Assembly (NCBI GenBank): GCA_023415145.1
Contig: JAEZLW010000175.1
Span: 3,766-67,765 of the forward strand
DNA: 64,000 nucleotides
Direction: 5' to 3'
Source of the DNA: Bacillota bacterium
Lineage (GTDB): Bacteria > Bacillota > Clostridia > Christensenellales > Aristaeellaceae
A program made the position numbers and the translations under genes. This document shows, in pieces, positions 54,595-64,000 of this stretch. The notes beneath the pieces are model-generated. The model did no database searches and was not told the origin of the DNA. It saw only the letters and a list, made by a program, of their open reading frames with translations. How positions within the stretch are numbered: the first letter of the stretch is position 1; each line of letters opens with the position of its first letter.

Positions 54595-54634
54595 ATTTTG
54601 CCTGCTATCCTCCATGGAAGATAGCAGGCAAAAT
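54595..54634. terminator. bidirectional terminator hairpin
   Basis: 15-bp stem ATTTTGCCTGCTATC / GATAGCAGGCAAAAT between convergent genes. Flanked by A/T runs. Confidence 0.8.
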
Positions 54635-54665
54635 TAATATTGGATTGGATGAAAAAGGAATAGGC

Positions 54666-55973
54666 TTACTGGTATTCCGGCAGCCAGCCCTCATGTGCCT
54701 TGATCAAATCATCGCACATGGCAACGATATCGTCAATGCTAAGCTCACTCTGGCAATGGGGGTCCATCATGGCAGCCTGATAGATGAAATCCTTCTTCAA
54801 TGTGCGGGCGGCTTCAATGGTCAGAAGCTGCACGTTAACGTTGGTGCGGTTCATGGCAGCGCATTGCTCCGGCAGATCGCCAATGTATGTGGGGGTCACA
54901 CCATTGGCATCCACCATGCAAGGGACTTCTACCACCGCGTTTTGGGGCAGGTTGGTGATAAGGCCTGTGTTCAGCACGTTGCCGCCGATTTTGTAGGGCA
55001 CGTTGGTTTCCATGGCCTCCATGATGTAGCTGGCATATTCATGGGAGCGCACATGGGTAAGCTCCTGGTTGTTAAGCAGCGCGTCCCGCTGCTCGCCCCA
55101 GCGCCTGATCTGCTCCACGCAGCGGCGGGGATATTCGTCCAGAGGGATGTTAAACCTGTCAATCAGCCCCGGGTATTTGTCCTTGATGAAATAGGGCATG
55201 TATTCCGCGTTGTGCTCGCTGGATTCGGTGACATAGTAGCCAAAGCGCTTCATGATCTCATAGCGCACCATGTCATAATGCTTATCGGTGCGCGCAAAGG
55301 CGCGGCGCTTGACCTCCGGGTACAGGTCCCTGCCATCCTGTGTAAGGGACAAAAGCCAGGCCTGATGGTTGATGCCGGCGATTTTCCACTGCATTTTGGG
55401 ATCATACGTCATTTCCAGGCCCTTTAGCAGGTCCGGAACACAGATCTGAACGCTGTGGCAAAGGCCCACGGTTTTGATGGAGCTCAAGCGCAGCATAGCG
55501 CCGGTGAGCATGGCCATGGGGTTGGTGTAATTGAGAAACCAGGCGCTGGGACAGACTTCTTCCATATCCCTGGCGAAGTCAAGCATCACAGGGATGGTGC
55601 GCAGCGCGCGAAAGATGCCGCCGATGCCCAGCGTATCACCAATGGTCTGCTTCAGGCCGTACTTTTTCGGGATTTCAAAATCTGTTACGGTACAGGGCTC
55701 ATATCCGCCCACCTGGATCGCGTTGACCACGTAATTGGCACCTTCAAGTGCCTCCTTGCGGCTTTGGACCCCAAGGTATGCCTTGATGGTGGCCTTGCCG
55801 CCGTTATTGCGGTTGATGGTGTCCAGCATGAGCTGGGATTCCTTGAGCCTTTCCGGATCGATGTCGTACAGTGCGATCACTGAATCTTGCAGTGCGGGCG
55901 TCAGCATGCTGTCGCCCAGCACATTTTTTGCGAAGACAGTGGAACCCGCACCCATAAAGGTGATCTTTGCCAT
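54666..55973 (-). CDS. GH4-family NAD-dependent alpha-galactosidase/alpha-glucosidase
   Basis: KITFMGAGSTVFAKNVLGD (Rossmann) and VGLCHSVQ (GH4 Cys-His). ATG lies 8 nt after GAGGAGGA. Confidence 0.88.
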   Translation of the reverse strand: MAKITFMGAGSTVFAKNVLGDSMLTPALQDSVIALYDIDPERLKESQLMLDTINRNNGGKATIKAYLGVQSRKEALEGANYVVNAIQVGGYEPCTVTDFEIPKKYGLKQTIGDTLGIGGIFRALRTIPVMLDFARDMEEVCPSAWFLNYTNPMAMLTGAMLRLSSIKTVGLCHSVQICVPDLLKGLEMTYDPKMQWKIAGINHQAWLLSLTQDGRDLYPEVKRRAFARTDKHYDMVRYEIMKRFGYYVTESSEHNAEYMPYFIKDKYPGLIDRFNIPLDEYPRRCVEQIRRWGEQRDALLNNQELTHVRSHEYASYIMEAMETNVPYKIGGNVLNTGLITNLPQNAVVEVPCMVDANGVTPTYIGDLPEQCAAMNRTNVNVQLLTIEAARTLKKDFIYQAAMMDPHCQSELSIDDIVAMCDDLIKAHEGWLPEYQ

Positions 55974-56096
55974 GACCAAAATCCTCCTCGTGAACAGATG
56001 GTTTCAGTATAGTCATTTCACCTCTTGCGAACAAGCATCCGGTGTTGCATAATATACGTGAAATGTTGCATTCTAAAAGAACGGACAGCAAGAAAC

Positions 56097-56915
56097 ATGA
56101 GATCTTACAGCCGGTTACAAAGCACAACCAGTGAGGTTTATGTGCGGGATTGCGGAAGAGAAGCCTGTGAACCCAGACACTGCTTCGGGCCTGCCGTGCG
56201 GGATTATTACCTGATGCATATCGTATCCGAGGGGAAAGGGATATTCCAGAATGCGTGGGGCTGCTTTGAGATTGCAAAAGGGCAGGGCTTCATGATTTTT
56301 CCTCAAGAGGTCACCGTCTACACAGCCGATGTACATACGCCCTGGGTGTACCATTGGGTTGGGTACTCCGGCGCAAAAGCCTCTGAACTGACCAAACTGC
56401 TTGGCGTTACGCCAGAAAATCCGGTTTTGAACCTGGGAGGCTATGATGCCAAGGCAGTCGGAATATTGCACGATATCTATGAGGATTCAGCCTCACTGGA
56501 TATGCGGGAAATGGCTGCCATGGGCGGCTTGTACCGATTGTTTGCATTGTTAAGGCAAAGCGGCACCCTTTCAACAGGAAAGGGCGCCGCATCTGAAAGC
56601 GAGCGGTATTATCAGCGGGCATACTGGCACATGGAGGCCAATTATCAGCGGGACCTGCACATTACGGACGTGGCCGCCTTTATAGGGCTGAGCCGTTCAC
56701 AATTGTTCAGGGTTTTTGTAACGGTCTGCGGCATATCCCCGCAAAGGGCACTGCTGATGCTGCGTTTAAAGCAGGCGGAATCGCTGCTTCGCAGCACCGA
56801 GCTGCCGCTCAAGGCTGTGGCGCTGTCTTCCGGGTTTTCCAGCGCAGCCCGTATGGGGGAGGTATTCAAGCAGGAGAAAGGGATCACGCCGATGCAATTC
56901 CGCAAAAAAGAATAG
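56097..56915 (+). CDS. AraC-family transcriptional regulator (cupin sensor + HTH)
   Basis: C-terminal AraC HTH (ITDVAAFIGLSRSQLFRVF...SSGFSSAARMGEVFK). Divergent from the GH4 gene. Start trimmed to MRSYSRL. Confidence 0.85.
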   Translation: MRSYSRLQSTTSEVYVRDCGREACEPRHCFGPAVRDYYLMHIVSEGKGIFQNAWGCFEIAKGQGFMIFPQEVTVYTADVHTPWVYHWVGYSGAKASELTKLLGVTPENPVLNLGGYDAKAVGILHDIYEDSASLDMREMAAMGGLYRLFALLRQSGTLSTGKGAASESERYYQRAYWHMEANYQRDLHITDVAAFIGLSRSQLFRVFVTVCGISPQRALLMLRLKQAESLLRSTELPLKAVALSSGFSSAARMGEVFKQEKGITPMQFRKKE

Positions 56916-56954
56916 ATTTGGCTGTCCCCTTTGATGCTGCTTAGTCATCAGCGT

Positions 56955-57596
56955 TTATTGTTCACTGCCAAGATCGATGCCCAGCTTCTGGCTCACGCAC
57001 TTTTTGATCACTCCGGCACAGTTGTCCCAGCCGATGCGGGCGCTGTTCAGGCACAGATCGTAGTTGATAGCGTCCTTCCAGTTTTGGCCCGTATAATACT
57101 TGTGGTAGTCAGAGCGGTACTTGTCTGTGCGGCGGACGGCCTGTACAGCTTCCTTTTCCGTCATGTCTGAGCGCTCCATGATGGTTTTGACACAATCCTC
57201 AAAAGGTGCTTGTATATTGACGCTGACGACGTTGGGCAAATCACGCAGCACAAAGTTTGCTGAATTGCCCATGACGATAAAGGATTCGGTTTTAGAAAGC
57301 GACCGAAGTATTTTTACCTGGTAATTGAACAAATTCATGTCGGATACGAACTTGCTGTTTTCCGGAGTGAGCACGTTGCCGTAATGCTCCCTGTCGGGTA
57401 TATGCATCAAAAGGCGGCGGTTGAGCTTTTCGTCCGCCAGGGCGAACAGCTCCTCGCTGATTCCGCTTTCAATGGAGGCCAGCTGCAAAAGCTCCTTATC
57501 CATGAGCTTGATGTTCAGATCGCCGGCGATTTTGAGCCCAATCTGTTTGCCGCCGCTGCCAAAGCCCCGGGCGATGGTGATGACAAAATTCTTCAT
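56955..57596 (-). CDS. cytidylate-kinase-like family protein
   Basis: MKNFVITIARGFGSGGKQIG P-loop, typical of the Cytidylate_kin2 family. Start trimmed from the 294-aa ORF-track version. Confidence 0.75.
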   Translation of the reverse strand: MKNFVITIARGFGSGGKQIGLKIAGDLNIKLMDKELLQLASIESGISEELFALADEKLNRRLLMHIPDREHYGNVLTPENSKFVSDMNLFNYQVKILRSLSKTESFIVMGNSANFVLRDLPNVVSVNIQAPFEDCVKTIMERSDMTEKEAVQAVRRTDKYRSDYHKYYTGQNWKDAINYDLCLNSARIGWDNCAGVIKKCVSQKLGIDLGSEQ

Positions 57597-57843
57597 GGCG
57601 CACTCTCCTTTGTCCTTGTTACGGGAGGTACCTACCCTTGCCGGTTTTGATATGCATGTTCCTACCGTTATTTTTCTTTGAACGCTGCTTCTTTTCCTGC
57701 CTTTACGTAAAATATTCGGATGAAAGGCTCCGCCTTGGAGCAAAGGCGGGCGGATTATCTTGTTTTTTGCAGGAATACAACAGAAAAACAGCAAATCGCG
57801 ATGTGTTGTACCCGTGGCGGCATAGAATCTCAAACGCAATATC

Positions 57844-57872
57844 TTGACAACATAATAAGGGTATCGTATACT
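57844..57872 (+). promoter_or_regulatory. sigma-A promoter of the second Liv-type operon
   Basis: A perfect TTGACA (57844-49), a 17-nt spacer and TATACT (57867-72). Confidence 0.65.
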
Positions 57873-57998
57873 TGTGCAATCAAACCGGCGTATGCTGATT
57901 TGCAGAACACGATACGTGTTCCTTCAAATTCTGGATACAGGATGCCGAATATGCAAGTGACACTCATGCCGTTTTCAGCACCTTCATGAAGCAAAGAT

Positions 57999-58038
57999 GC
58001 TTTTCAACAGCCTCTCCACGGCGTTGAGAAGCTTTTTT
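57999..58038 (+). terminator. leader (attenuator) terminator upstream of the second Liv-type operon
   Basis: 10-bp stem GCTTTTCAAC / GTTGAGAAGC (one G-U pair) followed by TTTTTT. It lies about 125 nt after the promoter and 67 nt before the SBP start codon. Confidence 0.6.
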
Positions 58039-58104
58039 GAAATTTCCGCACCCAAAGGCCAAGGCCTCAAGGCGCGGGAGAACAATATAAGGAGGCGTAC
58101 ACCC

Positions 58105-59292
58105 ATGAAAAGAGTCATCCCCTTGCTCGTACTGTTGACACTTGTGATGACCATTGTGGCAAGCTGCATTCCCGCAATGGCCGGAGCTGCCCTGCCGGTT
58201 ATCAAGATTGCCAGCGTCACGCCGCTTTCGGGCAGCCAGTCGGCTCTGGGCGAATCCATCAAGAACGGGATTGAAATGGCGCTGAGTGGCCGCGTTGAGG
58301 AATTCAAGGCGCTTGGATTCGATTTGCAGTTTGCGCCTCAGGACGATCAGGCTGACCCCAAGGTTGGCGTGAGCATCGCCCAGCGCCTGATTGAGGACAA
58401 GGACATACTGGCGGTTGTGGGCCATTACAATTCCGGCGTGGCCATCCCCTCCTCCGAGGTGTACAATCAGGGTGGCCTGCCCATGATTTCCCCGGCCAAC
58501 ACGGCTACCGCCGTAACGGACCGCGCTCTGCCCACCGTCAGCCGCATCTGTGCCCGTGATGATGCACAGGGTCCCGCCGGTGCCGACTTCATCTTCGGTC
58601 AGGGCAAGAAGACTGTTTTCATCCTCCAGGACAAGACCGCTTACGGCCAGGGCGTGGCCGAAGAGTTCAAGAAGCGCTTCGAAGCCATTGGCGGCACGGT
58701 GCTGGGTTATGAAGGCATTACCGCCGGTGAAGCCGACTTCAGCGCAGTCGAAGAAATGGTCCGCGCCAGCGGCGCTGAGGCTGTGTACTTTGGCGGTATT
58801 TATCCGGAAGGCGGCCTGCTCATCAGGCAGCTTGACGAAAAGGGCATTGATGTTCTCTTCCTGGGACCTGACGGCATGGATTCCGCCGAACTGGTGAACA
58901 TCGCCGGTGACGCCGTTGTTGGCACCTATTACACCTCTGTGGCGGCGGACATCTCCACTACTGAAAAGGGTGCTGTGTTTGCCGCGGACTATAAAGCCAA
59001 GTATGGCCGCCAGCCCGAGGCGTTCTCCGCCTATGGCTATGACGCCATGAACGTGACACTGGACGCTGTGAAGGCCGCCATAGAGTCTGGCGGCGGTGCT
59101 CTGCCCACCCGGGAGCAGGTGGCTGCGGCCGTGCGCTTGACCAGCGGCTTTGAAGGCCTGGCTACCAACGTCACCTTCAACGCCATCGGTGACAATACGG
59201 AAGCCACCGTGTACATCCTGGGCTTCAAGCAAGCCGCCTATCCGCCGGAGGTTATCAACACCATCCCCGTGGCCGATTACCTGGAAAAGTAA
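58105..59292 (+). CDS. ABC transporter substrate-binding lipoprotein, type I PBP (LivJ-like)
   Basis: Signal peptide with lipobox IVASC, then IKIASVTPLSGSQSALG. RBS AAGGAGG. Confidence 0.88.
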   Translation: MKRVIPLLVLLTLVMTIVASCIPAMAGAALPVIKIASVTPLSGSQSALGESIKNGIEMALSGRVEEFKALGFDLQFAPQDDQADPKVGVSIAQRLIEDKDILAVVGHYNSGVAIPSSEVYNQGGLPMISPANTATAVTDRALPTVSRICARDDAQGPAGADFIFGQGKKTVFILQDKTAYGQGVAEEFKKRFEAIGGTVLGYEGITAGEADFSAVEEMVRASGAEAVYFGGIYPEGGLLIRQLDEKGIDVLFLGPDGMDSAELVNIAGDAVVGTYYTSVAADISTTEKGAVFAADYKAKYGRQPEAFSAYGYDAMNVTLDAVKAAIESGGGALPTREQVAAAVRLTSGFEGLATNVTFNAIGDNTEATVYILGFKQAAYPPEVINTIPVADYLEK

Positions 59293-59475
59293 GGATTATA
59301 AGAAAATAACATTGTTGTTTTCTCGATCCTGCCTTTAATGTATCCCCGAGATTTTGTTTGACTTTGTCTACAGTTGCAGGAGATGGGCTATTCTTTTCTT
59401 CTCTTTATCCACAACAGGTTGGAAAAAAGGGGCGAAGCCCTCTCCTGCAATTGGCATTAGGGAGGTCGGTGGATT

Positions 59476-60441
59476 TTGAACCTTCAAATGCTGGCAAGGA
59501 GCATTCCGCAGCTCTTGTCGGATGGTTTGGCACTTGGCTTTGTTTACGCGATCGTAGCTCTTGGCTATACCATGGTGTACGGTATTCTGGAATTCATCAA
59601 TTTTGCGCACAGTGAGCTGTTCATGTTCGGGGCGTTCGTCGGCACAGAAGTATTGCTGCTGCTCAAGTCCATGGGCATCCTGGCAAACATGTCTCCCACG
59701 GTGGCGCTTTTGGTTGCCATGCTGGTGGCCATGATCATGAGCGGCTCTCTGGGTGTAGCGGTGGACCGTATCGCCTACAAGCCTGTACGAAGCGCACCCA
59801 AGCTTGTGCCTTTCATATCGGCCATCGGCGTTTCCTTCATATTGCAGGATGTGGTCCGCATGGTGGAGGTTGCCAAGAACGGCAACTTTTATCTGTATGC
59901 GCCGACGTTGTTCAAAAACCGCGTCCAGATCACGGAATCCATGGTGATTCCCGAAAAAACGTTCTACATTGTTGGCCTGTGCCTTGTGATCATGCTGGTG
60001 CTGCAATTGTTTGTGACCAGGAACAAGTGGGGCAAGGCCATGCGGGCTGTGGCCCAGGACCGGGAAACGGCCAGGTTGATGGGGATCAATGTAGACAAGG
60101 TGATTTCCCTTACTTTCTTGATCGGCGCCGGCATGGGTGGAGCCGCCGGCACACTTTTTTCCATCCAGTATGGATCGATTTCTCCTTATTCCGGCTTTAT
60201 CCTGGGCATGAAGGCGTTCACCGCCGCGGTGTTCGGCGGCATCGGCAAGATTCCCGGTGCCATGCTGGGCGGCGTGCTGCTGGGCCTGATCGAAATGTTC
60301 GGCGCTGCCTTCCTGGGTGCTTTGACGGGTGGTGTGTTCGGTTCCGAATATAAGGATGTGCTGGCCTTTGCCATCCTGATCCTGATCCTGATCTTCAAGC
60401 CAAGCGGCCTGTTGGGCAAGCCTGTGGGAGAGAAGGTGTAG
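59476..60441 (+). CDS. ABC transporter permease, LivH type
   Basis: LSDGLALGFVYAIVALGYTMVYG is a LivH-like N-terminus. TTG start after GGGAGG; ATG 59488 is an alternative start. Confidence 0.88.
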   Translation: MNLQMLARSIPQLLSDGLALGFVYAIVALGYTMVYGILEFINFAHSELFMFGAFVGTEVLLLLKSMGILANMSPTVALLVAMLVAMIMSGSLGVAVDRIAYKPVRSAPKLVPFISAIGVSFILQDVVRMVEVAKNGNFYLYAPTLFKNRVQITESMVIPEKTFYIVGLCLVIMLVLQLFVTRNKWGKAMRAVAQDRETARLMGINVDKVISLTFLIGAGMGGAAGTLFSIQYGSISPYSGFILGMKAFTAAVFGGIGKIPGAMLGGVLLGLIEMFGAAFLGALTGGVFGSEYKDVLAFAILILILIFKPSGLLGKPVGEKV

Positions 60442-60442
60442 C

Positions 60443-61753
60443 ATGGCCGGAATAATGAAATCCATCAAAACGGACGCCTCCTCTTTCCGTTTTGGCAGCC
60501 TGACGAAAAAGGAATTTGTCTTTTTTGTATTGCAGGCCGCCGCTATTATCGCAGCGCCTATATGGCTTCTTATCGATACCGGCAGTAAGGTAGCTTTTAT
60601 CTTTTTCCTTGTTTCCCTGCTGTTCTTGAGCCATATCAAGCTGCCTGTATGGTCGCGGCTATTGCTGGCCGCAATTTACCTTGCGGTGGTGATGCCCATC
60701 GTGGGTACGGCTTCCGGTATTTATGCCAGCGTCATCACCATGATCGGCATTTACGCCATTCTTTCCATGGGCCTGAACATTGTGGTCGGTTTCACGGGCC
60801 TACTCAATCTGGGCTACGCAGCGTTTTACGCGGTGGGTGCGTATACATATGCCATCTTTGCATCCAGCCAGGCAAACAACTTTATGCCATCCGGCGGTTT
60901 TCCCCTGTCAGGCAACTGGTTCTGGTTGTTTTTGGTGATCGCGCTGATTGTGTCGGGCATCGTCGGCTTTTTGCTGGGCCTGCCTGTGCTTCGGCTGAAA
61001 GGCGATTATCTGGCCGTGGTGACGCTGGGCTTTGCGGAGATTATCCGGCTTTTGTTCAACAATTTGAACAAGCCTGTCAACTTCACCAATGGCCCCATGG
61101 GTATCACACCCATCCAGCCGCCCATGCTTTTCAACATGACATTGGATCGACCCGTGCACTACTATGGTGTAGTGTTGATATTATTTGTGCTTACGGTCAT
61201 TGTGGTTCGCAATTTGCAAAACTCCCGCATTGGCCGCGCCTGGGTGGCGATCAGGGAGGATGAGCTGGTGGCCCGTACCATGGGCATACCGGTGGTTCGC
61301 ATGAAGCTGCTGTCCTTTTCCATCGGCGCCGGGCTGGCCGGCCTGATGGGCGTGGTGTTCGCGGCAAAGCAAAAATTCATCGATCCTACCAGCTTTACTT
61401 TTATGGAGTCCATCGTCATCCTCTGCATGGTGATTCTGGGCGGGACAGGGAACATCAAAGGCGTCATTATTGGCGCAATGGCTGTGGTCGTGCTTCAGTT
61501 GCAGATTTTGAAGGATGTATCGGAGTGGCTGACAACCCTGACAACCTCGGGCGTTTTGAACCTGCCGGCTTGGCTGAACCCCGCCAAGTATGAACGGCTG
61601 ATCTTCGGCCTGATTCTTGTATTGATGTGTATCTTCAGGCCCAACGGCCTTTTGCCGGAAAAGCGGGTGCTGCAAATCAAAACCAAACTTGGTTTCAAAA
61701 TAAAGGCAGTGGAAGGCAACGATGCATCCTCCGCGCAGAAGGGAGCGAAGTAG
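60443..61753 (+). CDS. ABC transporter permease, LivM type (long N-terminal extension)
   Basis: Core SMGLNIVVGFTGLLNLGYAAFYAVGAYT preceded by about 95 aa containing extra TM helices. Confidence 0.88.
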   Translation: MAGIMKSIKTDASSFRFGSLTKKEFVFFVLQAAAIIAAPIWLLIDTGSKVAFIFFLVSLLFLSHIKLPVWSRLLLAAIYLAVVMPIVGTASGIYASVITMIGIYAILSMGLNIVVGFTGLLNLGYAAFYAVGAYTYAIFASSQANNFMPSGGFPLSGNWFWLFLVIALIVSGIVGFLLGLPVLRLKGDYLAVVTLGFAEIIRLLFNNLNKPVNFTNGPMGITPIQPPMLFNMTLDRPVHYYGVVLILFVLTVIVVRNLQNSRIGRAWVAIREDELVARTMGIPVVRMKLLSFSIGAGLAGLMGVVFAAKQKFIDPTSFTFMESIVILCMVILGGTGNIKGVIIGAMAVVVLQLQILKDVSEWLTTLTTSGVLNLPAWLNPAKYERLIFGLILVLMCIFRPNGLLPEKRVLQIKTKLGFKIKAVEGNDASSAQKGAK

Positions 61754-61754
61754 C

Positions 61755-62554
61755 ATGCCTTTGCTGGAAGTGAAGGGCCTTACCAAAACCTTCGGCGGCC
61801 TTACCGCCATCAACAGCGTTGATTTTTCCATGGAGGAGCACCAAATCGTCAGCGTCATCGGCCCCAATGGTGCGGGAAAGACCACCTTCTTCAACATGAT
61901 CAGCGGCTATTATCCTGTTTACAGCGGCTCCATCCGGTTTGACGGCCACAGCCTGACAAAGCTCACGCCGGAAAAGGTTGCCTCCCATAAAATCGCCCGT
62001 ACTTTTCAGAACATCCGGCTGTTTCAAAACATGCTGGTGGCTGAAAACATTCTGGTGGGCCGCTATATGCAAATGAAGGCCAATATTGCGGACATCATAT
62101 TCCGTCTGCCCAGGATGCGCAGGGAAGAACAGGAAGCCTACGAAAAGGTGCTGTCCCTGCTTGCGTATGTTGGCCTTGCGGGCAAGGAAGGGGAACTGGC
62201 CAAGAACCTCTCCTATGGCCAGCAGCGGCGTTTGGAGATTGCCAGGGCATTGGCCATCGAGCCCAAGCTTTTGCTGCTGGATGAGCCGGCGGCGGGGCTG
62301 AACCCCAAGGAGACGGAGGAAATGAAGCAGTTCATCCTGCGTTTGCGCTCCGATCTGAACACCACCATCCTGCTCATCGAGCATGATATGAAGCTGGTGA
62401 TGGGGCTGTCCGACAAGATCACGGTGCTCAACTACGGTGAAAAGATCGCCGAGGGCACGCCGGATGAAATACGCAGCAATGAGAACGTCATCAAGGCCTA
62501 TTTGGGCGTGGAAGACAAGGACGACGATGATGACTTGGACGGGGAGGTGCAGCC

Positions 62555-62558
<4 letters not shown>
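61755..62558 (+). CDS. ABC transporter ATP-binding protein, LivG type, with acidic C-terminal tail
   Basis: Walker A GPNGAGKTT, signature LSYGQQRR, Walker B LLLDEPAAG. The C-terminus is VEDKDDDDDLDGEVQP. Confidence 0.9.
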
Positions 62559-63271
<713 letters not shown>

Positions 63272-63290
63272 AAATGGCATCAGATACAAC

Positions 63291-63322
63291 AAACCGGCCC
63301 CAGATTGTGGCCGGTTTTGCTT
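63291..63322. terminator. terminator hairpin after the livF-type gene
   Basis: 9-bp stem AAACCGGCC / GGCCGGTTT followed by TGCTT. Lies between convergent genes. Confidence 0.6.
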
Positions 63323-63339
63323 GGCTTACGAATACATGA

Positions 63340-63555
63340 TTACCTGAGTAAAAAGTCCAGAATGTTCATTCCGGTATCCGTCTGCGCTCTGTACAACTCT
63401 GTATAACCGCACTGGGTGCAGGAGAGGGTGATGAACTTTTTGTTCTGCACGTCAAATATCTTGGCAAAATTCCCGCCTGTTGCCTGAAATTGGTCGGATT
63501 CATACTGGGTGTTGCCGCACTTTGGGCAAACGTAATTCCTTCGGTTTTGCTCCAT
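63340..63555 (-). CDS. zinc-ribbon domain protein (71 aa)
   Basis: Two CxxC pairs (CPKCGNT and CTQCGYT) in MEQNRRNYVCPKCGNTQYESDQFQATGGNFAKIFDVQNKKFITLSCTQCGYTELY. Start trimmed to the ATG just before the first CxxC. Confidence 0.65.
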   Translation of the reverse strand: MEQNRRNYVCPKCGNTQYESDQFQATGGNFAKIFDVQNKKFITLSCTQCGYTELYRAQTDTGMNILDFLLR

Positions 63556-63835
63556 ACAAAAACACTCCTTCTCACTTGGGCCGGCATGAACCGGCAGCAT
63601 GATGATAGCACGGGCGTTCTTTTGTATCAATATGCAGCGCATCAATTGTCGTTTCAGATGTTTATTCGATGGCTCTGGGCAGCTGACAATCTTGACATTA
63701 CTCCATCCAAGCAAAGCCGGACTGTATCATGCCCTCTGCAGATCATCTATTGTTTTGCGCGTACAGGTGTTGTAGAATACTCGTATATAGATGGAATGGC
63801 AATTTGAAGGCAACGCCGGATAGAGGAAGGTTTTC

Positions 63836-64000
63836 ATGTTTCAGTATTTTTTCACCTATGATTCTCAAATTCCTGAAGGGCTTGCGGTGAAGAACTTCTC
63901 TGCCACACATCTTGTATGGCTGGCGGTCACTCTGCTGCTGATAATCCTGGCGGTTTTTTTCTACCGACGCCAAAGCGCTGCGGTACGCAAAAAGTATCTG
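63836..64000 (+). CDS. membrane protein, N-terminal fragment (possibly TIGR02206/YwaF-like); 3' end lies outside the window
   Basis: ATG lies 6 nt after AGAGGAAGG and the frame is open to the window end. MFQYFFTYDS...FSATHLVWLAVTLLLIILAVFFY contains a TM helix. Confidence 0.45.
   Translation, partial: MFQYFFTYDSQIPEGLAVKNFSATHLVWLAVTLLLIILAVFFYRRQSAAVRKKYL

Noticed and set aside
57873-58038. Leader of the second Liv-type operon as a T-box or as classical leader-peptide attenuation
   Set aside because: There is no T-box consensus (no GGUGGUACC-like element) and no specifier-loop architecture. The only small ORF (15 codons) has a poor RBS and no run of Leu/Ile/Val codons. It is kept only as an unassigned attenuator.
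57964-60639. Antisense ORFs 57964..59232 (422 aa) and 59368..60639 (423 aa) opposite the LivJ-, LivH- and LivM-type genes
   Set aside because: Their translations are low-complexity (Gly/His/Arg/Ala-rich). The opposite strand encodes unmistakable transporter proteins. These are typical stop-poor antisense frames in GC-rich DNA.

Overview
This is a chromosomal, moderately GC-rich segment. Gene content, strong GGAGG-type ribosome-binding sites and an S-box riboswitch suggest a spore-forming gut Clostridia (Oscillospirales-like) anaerobe; that assignment is inference only. I support about 60 protein genes. I saw no rRNA, tRNA, CRISPR array, transposase or integrase. Contents in order: (1) An ImmA-peptidase fragment plus a small membrane protein at the left edge, then a kinase-fold gene. 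(2) A LacI-controlled divergon at 1.9-11.6 kb: RidA, UPF0303 and a Gfo/Idh/MocA oxidoreductase on one side, and a Liv-type (type I PBP) ABC importer, RpiB and ribokinase on the other. (3) metK with a clear SAM-I riboswitch and promoter. (4) A mixed block at 14-22.5 kb: an NTase-like gene with a helical partner, nitroreductase, YmaF, DegV, a Tyr/Cys-rich mini-protein, an HD hydrolase and a large L,D-transpeptidase. (5) A complete myo-inositol catabolic operon, iolR-J-C-A-G-B-D-E, on the minus strand at 22.7-31.9 kb. (6) The most unusual locus, at 32.2-44.6 kb: an eight-gene, translationally coupled operon. It combines an ABC-2 exporter, two very large orphan membrane proteins, a MoxR AAA+ ATPase, a DUF58 protein and two BatA-like VWA proteins. 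(7) A muropeptide/MurNAc rescue divergon at 44.7-54.6 kb, with an ABC importer, an AmiE-like serine hydrolase, a PIG-L deacetylase and murR-murQ-nagZ-kinase. (8) A GH4 glycosidase with an AraC regulator. (9) A cytidylate-kinase-like gene. (10) A second Liv-type ABC operon behind a long terminator-containing leader. (11) A zinc-ribbon protein and a truncated membrane gene at the right edge. Superimposed on this is a modular family of GC-rich intergenic repeats and hairpins. Copies lie in the metK leader, in the metK 3' region, inside the iol operon, and 0-9 nt from three stop codons. All start codons were chosen by eye from RBS spacing. No homology search was run, so product calls rest on recognised motifs.
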